Assembly (NCBI GenBank): GCA_016187745.1
Contig: JACPJC010000009.1
Coordinates: forward strand, 1,118-65,117
Length of the DNA: 64,000 bases
Reading direction: 5' to 3'
Source of the DNA: Candidatus Iainarchaeum sp.
GTDB taxonomy: Archaea; Iainarchaeota; Iainarchaeia; Iainarchaeales; JAXPJC01
Shown here: positions 1 through 10,191 of the stretch, one piece after another
Layout: every line of letters starts with the position of its first letter
Position numbering within the stretch: position 1 is the stretch's first letter
Notes under the pieces: generated by a model
Database searches by the model: none
Seen by the model: only the letters and a program-made list of their open reading frames with translations
Told to the model about the DNA's origin: nothing
Position numbers and translations under genes: made by a program

Positions 1-1126
1 CAATTTCCGGAAGCTTGTCCAGGCTTGCAGGAATTGCATTGAATTTTGCGATTTCCCCATTTGTATAATACGGGTCATTAACATAAACCTTTGCACCCGC
101 GCGCCTGAGCTGTTCTATCAGCAGGAGGGAAGTTGCGAATGCGGTTTCCTTCACATCCTCGCGGTATGCAAGGCCCAAAAGAAGGACTTTTTTATTTTTT
201 AATGCGCCAATGGCGCTTTTAAGTTTGCTTAGTGCGTATCCTGACATGGAATCATTTATATCGCGCGCGATTTTTGGGATTTTCAGGCTCAATCCAAGTT
301 TTTTCGCATTTTCAATGAGGAAATAGGGATAAACCGGGGCGCAATGGCCTCCAACTCCGATTCCGGGAAGCAATAAATGCGAAAAGGGATTTGTGTTTTC
401 GGCTTTTGCCGCTTCCGCATAATCGATTCCTGAAAGTTCAGCGAATTTTGCAAACTCATTCGCAAGCGCAATATTCACATCGCGGTAGGTCATGCCCGCA
501 AGCTTTGTGAATTCCGCGGTTTCTGAATTCTTAACCGCAATTACATTTCCCGCGCCAAAGACTTTTTTGTAGAATCCGGAGATTGCGTTGGTTGATTTTT
601 TATCAACCCCGCCGACTATTTTGGGATAGGCGCGCAAATCCTGGAGGATTCTTCCGGAATAAACCCTTTCGGGGCTGAAGGCAACACTGAACTGCGGAGC
701 GGAAAGCCCGGAATGTTTTGCAAGCATTGGCAGCAGGCGGTTGCGCGTTGTTCCCACCGGGAGGGTAGTTTCATAAATCACAAGCGCGCCTTTTTGAATG
801 CCGCGCGCAACGGAAATTGTTGCGGCATCAACAGCTGAAAAATCCGGCTTTTTATTTTTGTTCACTATCAATGGGACAATTATGATTGCGACCTTGCAAT
901 TTTTCACAGCACTTGTTGTTTCTGTTGTCGCATGGAATTTATTCTTTTTAATTGCATTTTTGAGCACATTTTCAATGCCGGGCTCAATAATATGCACCTT
1001 TCCTTCATTTAATTGCCTAACAACCCCCTTGTTCACATCGCAGCCGATTACCTCAAAGCCCCTGCGCAGCAATTGCGCGGCAATAGGCAGGCCTATTTTT
1101 CCCATTCCTACAATAGCGACCTTCAT
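1..1126 (-). CDS. UDP-sugar 6-dehydrogenase family (UDP-ManNAc/UDP-GlcNAc dehydrogenase, WbpA/WecC-like); 3' end lies beyond window edge
   Basis: Reverse-strand translation from ATG at 1126 gives MKVAIVGMGKIGLPIAAQLLRRGFEVIGCDVN... (Rossmann GxGxxG N-terminus of UDP-glucose/ManNAc dehydrogenases) and continues without stop to position 1; ATG overlaps the TGA of the upstream gene (TGAAATG). Confidence 0.8.
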   Translation of the reverse strand, partial: MKVAIVGMGKIGLPIAAQLLRRGFEVIGCDVNKGVVRQLNEGKVHIIEPGIENVLKNAIKKNKFHATTETTSAVKNCKVAIIIVPLIVNKNKKPDFSAVDAATISVARGIQKGALVIYETTLPVGTTRNRLLPMLAKHSGLSAPQFSVAFSPERVYSGRILQDLRAYPKIVGGVDKKSTNAISGFYKKVFGAGNVIAVKNSETAEFTKLAGMTYRDVNIALANEFAKFAELSGIDYAEAAKAENTNPFSHLLLPGIGVGGHCAPVYPYFLIENAKKLGLSLKIPKIARDINDSMSGYALSKLKSAIGALKNKKVLLLGLAYREDVKETAFATSLLLIEQLRRAGAKVYVNDPYYTNGEIAKFNAIPASLDKLPEI

Positions 1127-1127
1127 T

Positions 1128-2132
1128 TCAGCAGCCTTTGTTGTTTTTCCCATCGCTTACAAGCAGTTCCGCGACTTCAAGCGCCCTTAACGCATCCTCA
1201 ATGCTTACCGGGGGTTTAGCGCCCTTTGCAACGTAATTTATGAAGCTCTCAATCTCCGCAAGCAATGGCTCTTTCTTTGCAATCATGAATTTTGTCATGT
1301 TGCCTTCTGTAACCCCAAGGGCGGTTTCAGCATAGTCAAATCTCCCGGCATACATGTTGTTCTCATAGAAATAAATGTCCTGGGTTAGATAATTTGCAAC
1401 AAACATGCCCTTTTCACCAGTAACCCTCAATTCCCTTATTTTTGTGGGGGTAAGCCAGTCGATGTTCAGCGAAACGACAATATTGCTGTGCAGCTTCAGC
1501 AGCGCAGTAAGCAAATCCTCATGCTTCGGGTGAATGCGCCTTTCGGTTTCAGCATGCATCCTTTCAATTTTAAGCCCGACCAAATAATTTATCACATCCA
1601 GGTCATGCACTGCAAGGTCAACTACAACTCCGACATCGCTTATGCGCGTCGGGAACGGCCCGCATCTATAAGCCTCAATCTTGTAAACCTTCCCCAATTT
1701 CCCGGCATCGATCATCTTCTTCAGCTCAATCACCGCGGGATTGAACCTTTCCACATGCCCTATCATCATTTTTGCCTTGTTCGCGTTTGCAAACTCAACA
1801 ATCTCCTTTGCATCCTTTGTGTTGGAGGCTATGGGCTTCTCAAGCAGGACTGAAATTCCCTTTTTCATTGCCTCAATTGCGGCCTCCTTGTGCAAATCTG
1901 TGGGCAGGGCAATGCTCACAACATCCAGTTTCTCATTTTCAAGCATTTCAGTATAATTTGCATAGGGAATTGCGTGATAGCGCCTTGAAATTTTCCCCAA
2001 TGCTGTCTTATCGGTGTCGCAGACAGCGCATAATTCCACATTGTCCATATCAGCATAAATCCTTGCGTGGTTTCTCCCCATGTAGCCCAAGCCAATTACA
2101 CCTGCGCGCAGTTTTTCCATTTTGCATTTCAC
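1128..2132 (-). CDS. Gfo/Idh/MocA-family NAD-dependent oxidoreductase (UDP-GlcNAcA 3-dehydrogenase WbpB-like)
   Basis: 334 aa; N-terminal [16 protein letters not shown] Rossmann motif and EKP motif typical of Gfo/Idh/MocA sugar dehydrogenases; sits between a WbpA-like dehydrogenase and a WbpD-like acetyltransferase. Confidence 0.75.
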   Translation of the reverse strand: MKCKMEKLRAGVIGLGYMGRNHARIYADMDNVELCAVCDTDKTALGKISRRYHAIPYANYTEMLENEKLDVVSIALPTDLHKEAAIEAMKKGISVLLEKPIASNTKDAKEIVEFANANKAKMMIGHVERFNPAVIELKKMIDAGKLGKVYKIEAYRCGPFPTRISDVGVVVDLAVHDLDVINYLVGLKIERMHAETERRIHPKHEDLLTALLKLHSNIVVSLNIDWLTPTKIRELRVTGEKGMFVANYLTQDIYFYENNMYAGRFDYAETALGVTEGNMTKFMIAKKEPLLAEIESFINYVAKGAKPPVSIEDALRALEVAELLVSDGKNNKGC

Positions 2133-2728
2133 CTTTTGTCCATTTTATTCCAGTCAGCAATAGGAATCCTTGTTTCATTATTGCATTCCTTGCAGCCCAT
2201 AAGCACAAAATCCCCCGTCTTTCCCTTTTGCTCCATATTCGCCCCGCACTCGCACACAAATCCAGTTATGCGCGCAGGAACTCCGATTGCAAGCCCATGC
2301 TCCGGAACATCCTTTGTCACTACACTCCCTGCGCCAACCATTGCATATTTCCCAATTGAAACGCCGCCCATTATTGTTGCATTCGCCCCGATTGATGCGC
2401 CCTTGCCTATTTTTGTAATTTTGGTGCGCCTTTTCTCATCCCATATGAACGCTCTGGGCTTGGCGTCGTTTGTGAATGTAGCGCTCGGTCCAATAAAAAC
2501 ATCATCAGCGATTTCCGCATCATAAACTGAAACATTGTTCTGTATTTTAACACCGTTCCCAATCTTCACATTCCAGTCAATGTAAACGTTCTTTCCTAAA
2601 ATGCAGTTCTCCCCGATAATTGCCTTCTCGCGCACCTGGCACTGGTGCCATATTTTTGTGTTTGCGCCGATATTCGCACCGCTGGAAACATCCGCAGTTG
2701 AATGGATTTTAACATTTTCAGCAATCAT
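2129..2728 (-). CDS. Hexapeptide-repeat (left-handed beta-helix) sugar N-acetyltransferase, WbpD/WlbB-like, with C-terminal Cys4 zinc-ribbon-like tail
   Basis: Repeated [LIV]G-x4 hexapeptides ([27 protein letters not shown]...). Likely true start is the internal ATG at 2728 (MIAENVKIH...), which forms an ATGA overlap with the stop of the upstream GT2; the ORF track's 2848 start is probably an over-extension. C-terminus CECG...CKEC. Confidence 0.75.
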   Translation of the reverse strand: MIAENVKIHSTADVSSGANIGANTKIWHQCQVREKAIIGENCILGKNVYIDWNVKIGNGVKIQNNVSVYDAEIADDVFIGPSATFTNDAKPRAFIWDEKRRTKITKIGKGASIGANATIMGGVSIGKYAMVGAGSVVTKDVPEHGLAIGVPARITGFVCECGANMEQKGKTGDFVLMGCKECNNETRIPIADWNKMDKR

Positions 2729-3702
2729 TTTCTCATTCCCATGGCATTTATTGTCCCGAAAACAAGCCCTATAGAAAATGCCGCAGTGCGCAATAAAGTC
2801 GTTATTGGTACAATTATGCCAACTGCAAAATCGCGCTTTCCTGACCATATTGCAAAGGGCACTGTGCTAATCAGGAAGAGAATAAAAAACGCAAGCGCAG
2901 CATATGCAAGCAATCCATAAAAAGCGCTTCCGATGAGGGATAAAACAAGCAAATAAAACAGCCCCAACTGCATTTTCAGTTTCTGCGAGGTGTATGAGTC
3001 CTTCACAATCTTGTCCTGATGCTTTTTATAAATCAGGGCGCGCCAGAAAGCGCGGAAGTATTTTACGCGCAGGTATTTCCATAAGCTGGTGGGATGAGTG
3101 TGCCATGCGATTGCGCGCTGAGCGAAAACCATTTTTTTTCCTGAAGCGGAAAGCCTGAAGCTCAAATCAGTGTCCTCGCCGGAAGCCATCGGGAAGGAAG
3201 CATCAAACCCATGCGCCTTCAAAAACTCATTTTTCCTGTAGGCTGCCGCATAGCTGCCGATAAAATCAATGTATTTCTGCTTTTGCATGCGCTCATAGCG
3301 CTCCTCTATTTCCAAGTGGATAAGCCTTGCAATCAATTCCTTTTGTTTGCATTTATATCTGCCCTGCACACCAACAATTTCTTTTGCGCTAAAGGGGTTT
3401 GCCATTTCCGCAATGAAATTTTTATCTAAAATGCAGTCGGAATCGGTAAATATGAGGATTTTCCCATTTGCATTTTTCGCGCCAAGATTGCGCGCCTTTG
3501 CGGGGCCGGCATGATTTTGCATGAGCAGTTTCACTTTTGGGAACTTCCCTGCGATTTGCCTTGTCCTGTCTTTTGAGCCGTCATCAACCACAATTATCTC
3601 ATACTTTCCTTTGTAATTCTGGGCGCTAAGGGAACTCAAGCAGGCAGCAATTGTCCTTTCCGCATTGTATGCAGGAATAATAACGCTAACGTCCATATTC
3701 AA
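2725..3702 (-). CDS. Glycosyltransferase family 2 with C-terminal transmembrane region
   Basis: N-terminal [11 protein letters not shown]...IIVVDDGS...DSD motif (GT-A fold DXD), followed by hydrophobic C-terminal helices. Confidence 0.8.
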   Translation of the reverse strand: MNMDVSVIIPAYNAERTIAACLSSLSAQNYKGKYEIIVVDDGSKDRTRQIAGKFPKVKLLMQNHAGPAKARNLGAKNANGKILIFTDSDCILDKNFIAEMANPFSAKEIVGVQGRYKCKQKELIARLIHLEIEERYERMQKQKYIDFIGSYAAAYRKNEFLKAHGFDASFPMASGEDTDLSFRLSASGKKMVFAQRAIAWHTHPTSLWKYLRVKYFRAFWRALIYKKHQDKIVKDSYTSQKLKMQLGLFYLLVLSLIGSAFYGLLAYAALAFFILFLISTVPFAIWSGKRDFAVGIIVPITTLLRTAAFSIGLVFGTINAMGMRK

Positions 3703-4271
3703 TCCCCTTTCCTTGCAATTACTGCCATGTCTTCCTGCAATCCTGCGGGAAGTATTTTATGCGCGGCCTTTCTCAGCGCGAATAATTTCGAGTGCCTGCT
3801 GCCATCGCAGCTTTCAGGGGTGTAGGGGAACATCCTGAAGTTTTCAATTTCAAAGCCGTTTTTTTCAAGCAGCGAAGCAAGCTCCTTCCTGTTGAATAAA
3901 TGCAGATGCACCTTAGTATTGTAGGATTTGAGCAGCTTGTTTATTGCGCTGTTTCTGTTCGGGGTGCTTAAAACAAGCAGCCCGTTAGGCTTCAATATGC
4001 GGTGCGCCTCCCTTAGGAATTCTTCGGGCTTCTGCAGATGCTCTATTGTTTCCCCGGCAACAATTGAATTGAAGAATCCGTCCTCAAATGGGATTTTCTC
4101 CGCGCTTGCCTTCCTGTAATGCGCATTGCTTTTCCCCTCAATGTCAATCCCATAGATGTTTTCACTGGGAAAGAATTTTTTGAGCGTTTTATGCAGAGAG
4201 CCGCAGTAATAGCCGACATCAAGTATTTTTCCCGAAATGTGCGCCACAATGAAATTAGTCCTGCCATCCAT
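3699..4271 (-). CDS. Class I SAM-dependent methyltransferase
   Basis: 190 aa; ILDVGYYCG (motif I-like) and LKPNGLLVLSTPN (motif post-II) typical of small-molecule methyltransferases. Confidence 0.65.
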   Translation of the reverse strand: MDGRTNFIVAHISGKILDVGYYCGSLHKTLKKFFPSENIYGIDIEGKSNAHYRKASAEKIPFEDGFFNSIVAGETIEHLQKPEEFLREAHRILKPNGLLVLSTPNRNSAINKLLKSYNTKVHLHLFNRKELASLLEKNGFEIENFRMFPYTPESCDGSRHSKLFALRKAAHKILPAGLQEDMAVIARKGD

Positions 4272-4289
4272 TTTTCTTGCTCCAAAAAA

Positions 4290-5756
4290 TCATTTCAATT
4301 TGAAAAGATGCCTTGAAAATGTTTTTCCCGCCTTCATAAGCCTTGGGATTTCCTTCGGCTGCGTTATTGCCTGGGCAAGCTTTCCTGCAATGTAATTCGG
4401 CCTCAGGTAAAATTCCATCCTTGCCCTGTCGCAGAGTTCCACAAGCGCCTTGTTTGTTAGTTCAGGCCTCGAGATTATGCAGTTGTGCTGGCCGCTTGCA
4501 TCAAGCCAGTCTGCAAAATCTTCGCTTGTGAGGTGCCCATTTCTCTTTGCCCAGGAGTAGGTTTCAGTGCCGGGATATACCATTATCGGGAAGAACTGCG
4601 CGGTATCGGGGTTAAGAAGCTTTGCAAACCCGACTGTTTTTGCGATTGTTTCCCTTGTTTCCCCCTGATTTCCCAGCATAAAGCATCCGTGCACCAACAG
4701 GCCGGCACGCTTCGCATCCTGCATGAATTTTTTTATTGTTTCAATGCGCATTCCCTTGCGAATGTTATTCAGAATTTCCTGCGCGCCTGATTCAAATCCC
4801 ACGCATAAAAGCCTGCAGCCGGCTTTTTTCATTTTCTGCATTGTTTCAAAATCCACATCAGCGCGCGCATTGCAGCTCCATGTGATTTTTATGTTGTTTT
4901 TGAGCAATGCATCGCAGAATTCCCTTGCGCGATAGCGATTTGCGGTAAAGGTGTCATCCTCGATGAAAATTTCCTTCACATCGGGGAAATTCTCCCTTAT
5001 GTATCTGAATTCAGCAATCACATTCTCAATGCTTCTCTGCCTGTAGGCTCTTCCATTCATAACCTGCGGAAGGACACAGAAAGTGCACATGTTCGGGCAG
5101 CCCCTTCCTGTTACAATGGTAATTTCAGGATAGAGGTTTGCGGCATAGAAATAATTTTTGTAATTGAGGTGCTTCTTGTAAACCGCGCTCACAAACGGAA
5201 GCTCATCCAGATTCTCAATGAAAGGCCTTTCCTTGTTGTGGATTATTTTTTTGCCCTTCCTGAAGCTCAATCCCTTAATCCTTTTCAGATTTATTTTTTG
5301 TTTTCTGCCCCTTTTATTCATTTTTTCAAGCTCTTCCGCAAGCTCGCGCAATGTATAATCATACTCGCGCCTTGCGATTGCATCAATTGCCGGGTTTATT
5401 TTCAGCGATTCCGAGGGAAGCGCGCTTACATGCGTTCCCACCAAAACAGCAAATGCGCCTGTTTCCTTTTTGAGTTCAGCGGCAAATTCAACATCATTGT
5501 AGATGCTTGCAGTTGCGGTATCGCTCACAATCAATTGCGGGGAGAATTTTTTTGCAATTTTCATAATTTTCTCTTTATCATAGCCCTCTGCAGGCGCATC
5601 AATTAATTTCACTTCATGCCCTGCTTCTTCCAGAACGCCTGTGGCATATGCAAGCCACAAAGGAAAATAAATAGTGCCGCCCTTTGTTACTGCCGGGCTC
5701 CTTGAAGCGCGGGAGAATTTGGGCAGGAAAGGGGGGTTTAGCATCAGTATTCTCAT
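4290..5756 (-). CDS. B12-binding domain radical SAM protein (class B radical SAM, possible methyltransferase)
   Basis: 488 aa; N-terminal cobalamin-binding-like region (MRILMLNPPF...LWLAYATGVLEEAGHEVKLIDA) followed by GCPNMCTFC (CxxxCxxC) radical SAM cluster motif. Confidence 0.8.
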   Translation of the reverse strand: MRILMLNPPFLPKFSRASRSPAVTKGGTIYFPLWLAYATGVLEEAGHEVKLIDAPAEGYDKEKIMKIAKKFSPQLIVSDTATASIYNDVEFAAELKKETGAFAVLVGTHVSALPSESLKINPAIDAIARREYDYTLRELAEELEKMNKRGRKQKINLKRIKGLSFRKGKKIIHNKERPFIENLDELPFVSAVYKKHLNYKNYFYAANLYPEITIVTGRGCPNMCTFCVLPQVMNGRAYRQRSIENVIAEFRYIRENFPDVKEIFIEDDTFTANRYRAREFCDALLKNNIKITWSCNARADVDFETMQKMKKAGCRLLCVGFESGAQEILNNIRKGMRIETIKKFMQDAKRAGLLVHGCFMLGNQGETRETIAKTVGFAKLLNPDTAQFFPIMVYPGTETYSWAKRNGHLTSEDFADWLDASGQHNCIISRPELTNKALVELCDRARMEFYLRPNYIAGKLAQAITQPKEIPRLMKAGKTFSRHLFKLK

Positions 5757-5764
5757 GGTTCCAC

Positions 5765-6544
5765 TTATTTCCTGTTTTTGCTGAACTGCTCGAAGAGTTC
5801 ATCGTATATCTTCATGTCGTGCTCATGCGCATGCATCTTGTTGTTCGCAACCAGCAAATCCTCAAAGTCCCCGGCATCAAACCAGCCCCTGCGCAGTATG
5901 CTTGCCTTTAGAGTTCCTTTCTGAAGGTAAGCGCTATTTACTTCGGTAATTTCTGTTTCTCCTCTTGCGGAAGGCTTGAGTTTGCGTATAATGTCAAAAA
6001 CCCCGCCTGTGTACATATAAACGCCAATGCTTATGAGCCTGCTTGGGGGCTCTGGGGGCTTTTCAATTAACTTAACAACTTTATCCCCCTCCATTACCGC
6101 AACTCCGGATTTGCGTGCCTCTTCAATTGAGCCTTCATAAAGGAGAATGCGCGCCTCTTCTTCCCCGCGCAAAAATTCATCAGCATATTGCTTAAGCGAT
6201 TCCAAAACAACGTTGTCCCCGTTGATTGAAATGAATTTGTCATTTCCTACAAAATCCTCTGCAAGCGAGATTGCGCTTGGAATGCCTCCTGCCTCATCCT
6301 GCACGCGGTATGTGAATTTTACCCCGAAGTCTTTTCCGGAGCCGAGCAACTGGAAAATCGCGCCCGCGTGGTATGTTCCTGTAATGACCATTATGTCCTT
6401 TATGCCCGCGCTCATTAGCGCTCCCAAAGGATAATAAATCATCGGGAGTTTATAAATTGGTAGAAGATGTTTGTTGCTTACCAGCGTCAAAGGAAGTAAC
6501 CTGCTTCCTGTCCCCCCTGCAAGAATTACGCCCTTCAATTTCAT
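5765..6544 (-). CDS. Sugar-1-phosphate nucleotidylyltransferase (glucose-1-phosphate thymidylyltransferase RmlA-like, short form)
   Basis: N-terminal GVILAGGTGSRLLPLT signature of NDP-sugar pyrophosphorylases. Confidence 0.8.
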   Translation of the reverse strand: MKLKGVILAGGTGSRLLPLTLVSNKHLLPIYKLPMIYYPLGALMSAGIKDIMVITGTYHAGAIFQLLGSGKDFGVKFTYRVQDEAGGIPSAISLAEDFVGNDKFISINGDNVVLESLKQYADEFLRGEEEARILLYEGSIEEARKSGVAVMEGDKVVKLIEKPPEPPSRLISIGVYMYTGGVFDIIRKLKPSARGETEITEVNSAYLQKGTLKASILRRGWFDAGDFEDLLVANNKMHAHEHDMKIYDELFEQFSKNRK

Positions 6545-7617
6545 TTCCTCGCCTCCTTAACTAAAGAGCCTTGGCGCTGGAGTTTAGATACATCATTTGT
6601 ATTTATACCAAGGTTCTTTACAAATAAATTTCCTGCCTCAGCCTTCTTCATGTCTGCGCCCTGCTTAAGGGTCTTCCACCACGCTTCATTTTTCTCATAC
6701 CATTCAATTGTTGAGCGGAGCGCCCTGCCGAATTCAGTATCCGGCTTCCATCCGAGATCATTTTTTATTTTCGAGCAGTCCATGCTATAGCGCCTGTCAT
6801 GGCCTGTCCTGTCTGGAACATGCTGAATGAAATTCTCATCCCTCCCTAGCGCCTTAAGCAGCGATTTTGTAAGCTCAATGTTCGGCATTTCGGTATTTCC
6901 CCCGATATTGTAGACTTCCCCGCTTTTTCCCTTGTGCAGAACAAGGTCAATTGCCTCGCAGTTGTCCCTTACATAAAGCCAGTCGCGCACCTGCATCCCA
7001 TCCCCATAAACAGGAACTTTTTTCCCTTCAATGAGGTTTGTTATGAAAAGCGGGATTATTTTTTCAGGGAACTGGAACGGGCCGAAATTATTCGAGCTGC
7101 GCGTAATGGCAACAGGCAGCCCATAGGTTGCGAAATAGGAATATGCAAGCCTGTCCGCGCCGGCTTTTGAAGCGGAGTAGGGATTGCGCGGCATGAGAAG
7201 GGAGCTTTCGGTGAAGCTTCCATGCAGAATTTGCCCATAAACCTCATCAGTCGAGATTTGCACGAATTTTTCTATTTTTTGCTTAAGCGCTTCCTCAAGC
7301 AGCGTGTATGCGCCAATTATATCTGTGCGGATGAATGCTGTCGCATCTGCTATACTTCTATCCACATGGGTTTCAGCAGCGAAATTAATTACCGCATTGC
7401 AGCCATGCATGGCATCAGCAACAATTTTTGCATCGCATATATCGCCCTTAATGAATTTATAATTAGGGTTTTTCTCAATATCCTTAAGGTTTTCAAGCCT
7501 TCCGGCATATGTGAGCTTGTCAAGATTTACAATCTTATAATCCGGGTGCTTCCCAATAATGTAATGGATGAAGTTGCTGCCGATGAAGCCGCAGCCCCCG
7601 GTAACCAGAATCTGCAT
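6541..7617 (-). CDS. NAD-dependent dTDP-glucose 4,6-dehydratase (RmlB-like) with ~40-aa C-terminal extension
   Basis: MQILVTGGCGFIGSNF (GxxGxxG), YSASKAGAD (YxxxK catalytic motif), overall SDR-extended dehydratase pattern; overlaps upstream gene by 4 nt. Confidence 0.8.
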   Translation of the reverse strand: MQILVTGGCGFIGSNFIHYIIGKHPDYKIVNLDKLTYAGRLENLKDIEKNPNYKFIKGDICDAKIVADAMHGCNAVINFAAETHVDRSIADATAFIRTDIIGAYTLLEEALKQKIEKFVQISTDEVYGQILHGSFTESSLLMPRNPYSASKAGADRLAYSYFATYGLPVAITRSSNNFGPFQFPEKIIPLFITNLIEGKKVPVYGDGMQVRDWLYVRDNCEAIDLVLHKGKSGEVYNIGGNTEMPNIELTKSLLKALGRDENFIQHVPDRTGHDRRYSMDCSKIKNDLGWKPDTEFGRALRSTIEWYEKNEAWWKTLKQGADMKKAEAGNLFVKNLGINTNDVSKLQRQGSLVKEARK

Positions 7618-7693
7618 AATAGTATACTATAGTTTGGATTGTTTATAAAGGGTTATTTTTCTAGTTATGTACTATAAAACCGCAGGCTTTCTG

Positions 7694-8827
7694 TCATTTG
7701 TTTCCTGCTGTAAAATCCTCATAAACATCCTCTATTTTCCTGAAGGCACCCTCATCCCTGTAATTGCCATTGACCCACTGCCTGAATGATTTTATATCCG
7801 TAATGCCGTCATATTCCTTTTCATTATTATCCTCGTTTGTTATGATGTTCCACAAGTGGGTGCCCATTGCGAAAATATACGGTATTTCCGACTGCTCATC
7901 CTGCGCGCACTTGAGCAATGCCCCAAACCTTGATGTCAATGCATCCAATCTGAATTTTGGATCCCCCGGCATGTCAGAATCGCCCTTTGCAGGGCCATGG
8001 TCAAAATACACAACATTTGGATAATCTGCAGCAGGAATTATTGGATGCGGGCTTAAGAGAGTTTTTGCCTTATTGCACAAGGAATCTTCAGGATAATCTC
8101 TTGAAACAGCCTTAGTGCTTGTCCATATCCTTATGCCTCTCTTATCCAGCTCGCTGATTAATGCATCAGGATCCTGCCTGTATTGGTAGGCCATGCCATG
8201 CATGCTCCCAATATCCGAATATTTGTTGAATAGCATTGCACTGCCTATCCTTGCAAGAAGCTCTTCCATAGTCGGGCTCTGGTCAAGGCCAATCTGACCC
8301 CAGAACAGATTATTTTGCAGATCAACATTTTCGCAGCCCTCAGCGCCTGGAACGCCAATGCCATCATAATAGCAGTGCGAATGCCCGTGGAATCCGATAT
8401 TGTGGCCCTTTGATATTATGTCCGCATCAAAGGAAAAGCCTGCATCCTTTGAGAGCAGCTCTGCAAAAGGCCCCAAAAGCTCAAATGTCGCGGGAATTCC
8501 CAATTCATAAAGCTCATCTGCAACATCCTTCAATCCGTCCCTGCACCTTATATAATCGGAATCGGTTAAGGTGGCTTTTGACATTTCGCAGGGACCTTCG
8601 CCGCTGTGCACTATGAGCAGAATATTCATTTTAACCGCGCCGGTCCCGTCAGGAGGCTCTTCAGCGCAGTCCTGCGGGCATATTGCGGGATTTTTTTTCT
8701 CAACCGGGCCGCATACCCCGTCGCCGCATTTTCCTCTTCCATCAGTATCATCGGGTGTTACGCAGCCGCTGAATAAAACCAGCAGTGCAAGAGATGCAGC
8801 AACTGAAATTGCAATCGCCTTGTTCAT
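7694..8827 (-). CDS. Secreted lipobox protein with N-terminal 4-Cys module (hypothetical)
   Basis: N-terminal hydrophobic signal ending in lipobox-like LFSGC, then KCGDGVCGPVEKKNPAICPQDC module shared with two downstream genes; rest of protein has no recognised domain. Confidence 0.5.
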   Translation of the reverse strand: MNKAIAISVAASLALLVLFSGCVTPDDTDGRGKCGDGVCGPVEKKNPAICPQDCAEEPPDGTGAVKMNILLIVHSGEGPCEMSKATLTDSDYIRCRDGLKDVADELYELGIPATFELLGPFAELLSKDAGFSFDADIISKGHNIGFHGHSHCYYDGIGVPGAEGCENVDLQNNLFWGQIGLDQSPTMEELLARIGSAMLFNKYSDIGSMHGMAYQYRQDPDALISELDKRGIRIWTSTKAVSRDYPEDSLCNKAKTLLSPHPIIPAADYPNVVYFDHGPAKGDSDMPGDPKFRLDALTSRFGALLKCAQDEQSEIPYIFAMGTHLWNIITNEDNNEKEYDGITDIKSFRQWVNGNYRDEGAFRKIEDVYEDFTAGNK

Positions 8828-10191
8828 TCCAATTCCTCTATAAATACTGGCTCTTTTCCCAGATTTAATATTATCATTCCATTTGTTGCTTCCACTGTGC
8901 TTGTTGCGGATAAGGAGGAAATTTTCACTGCACTGATTCTTCCAACATCCAAAACCATCTCCTGCGGCGAGGCAATTGATTTTCCTGTTGCTATTGCCCT
9001 CAGGTTTTCCGGACTTTCGGCTTCAGCCCAGAAAAGGAGCGGATTAAATGCAAGCCACATTCTTTTGCCATTTTCATCCTTGAATTCCTCAATCCAGTAA
9101 TGCTCTGAATTGATTTCCCCCGCAATATGCTTTGAATAATTCGGGTATTCTCTTGCAAATTCCAGCAGCATTTTGTAATATCCTGCCTTTTTTGCTGATT
9201 GGGAATGAATGCCTGAGGCAAACAGGCCGATTATTCTGCTTTCCCCGCTCTTGCCCGAGGCAAGGGCAAGCCTTTCAGCAAGGAGAATCGCGGTTTCATC
9301 ATCCTCGAGCCAGTTCTGGCCTGCGCCCCTGGACGGCATTGCAACATCCCCCTCGGTTATGAAAATAGCGCGTTTATCATAGCCAAAATCATCCAGAAGC
9401 TTCCTGTATGTTTCTGGAATTTCATATTCCGACAGAAAATTATATGCTGTTTCATTCTCTTCTTTTGTTTGCAAGTATCCGCTGTTCTTTGGATAGAAAT
9501 GAAGCGCCAGAAAATCAAATTCCGCGCCTGCAGAGAAATATTCCTCATAATAATTGTTCATCATTATGTTTTCTTCAGAATTGACGGCAGAGGCCATAAA
9601 GCCCGCAGTGCCTATTTCTATTGAGGGATACTTCTCTTTTACCTTGCGGTAAGCTGCAGTGTTGGATTTTGCCAAATCCGCAGGAGTTCCCTTAAAGCGC
9701 GCGCTCACTTTTCCGTCATAGTCCTTTATGGGTTCATTCTGGAATTCAATGTAATCTATTTTTCTTTTTCCATAGAACTCATCAATGAATGAAACCACAA
9801 ATTCAGCGTATTTTTCCGCATCCTTGTCATTTTTGCCCCCAAGCTTGTAAAATGCCGGCATGACGGAAACATCATATTTGTTTGCAAGCTCAAAAATATA
9901 ATAGTAATCCAGGTTTTCAGACCAGTCCAAATCCCTTGCGCTGGCATTTATTGCCCCCCTTTCGGGATATTTTATCGGCACAAGCACATAATTAATATTC
10001 AGTTCAGCTGCGAGCTTGAATGCATTTTCGCTTATCTCCCTGCTGTTTTCTGTATTCTCCAGCTTGAAGCCGTAAAGAAGCCCTGAAGGCGCATTCAAAT
10101 CAATTGGGGGATTATCAGGCAGGATGCAGCCGCTGAGAAGAACTGTTGCTGCAATTGCAGCAATCAGCAGAACTGCAATTATCTTACTCAT
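8824..10191 (-). CDS. Lipobox-anchored putative glycoside hydrolase (GH5-like TIM barrel)
   Basis: Signal + LLSGC lipobox; IEFQNEP (GH5 acid/base NEP motif), HFYP and IFITEGD (GH5 nucleophile-like I-T-E) motifs. Confidence 0.5.
   Translation of the reverse strand: MSKIIAVLLIAAIAATVLLSGCILPDNPPIDLNAPSGLLYGFKLENTENSREISENAFKLAAELNINYVLVPIKYPERGAINASARDLDWSENLDYYYIFELANKYDVSVMPAFYKLGGKNDKDAEKYAEFVVSFIDEFYGKRKIDYIEFQNEPIKDYDGKVSARFKGTPADLAKSNTAAYRKVKEKYPSIEIGTAGFMASAVNSEENIMMNNYYEEYFSAGAEFDFLALHFYPKNSGYLQTKEENETAYNFLSEYEIPETYRKLLDDFGYDKRAIFITEGDVAMPSRGAGQNWLEDDETAILLAERLALASGKSGESRIIGLFASGIHSQSAKKAGYYKMLLEFAREYPNYSKHIAGEINSEHYWIEEFKDENGKRMWLAFNPLLFWAEAESPENLRAIATGKSIASPQEMVLDVGRISAVKISSLSATSTVEATNGMIILNLGKEPVFIEELE

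Noticed and set aside
289-471. 60-aa minus-strand ORF in the first kilobase
   Set aside because: It lies in a different frame from the long WbpA-like dehydrogenase reading frame, which runs 1126 to 1 on the minus strand. That frame is not listed in the ORF track because it exits the window.
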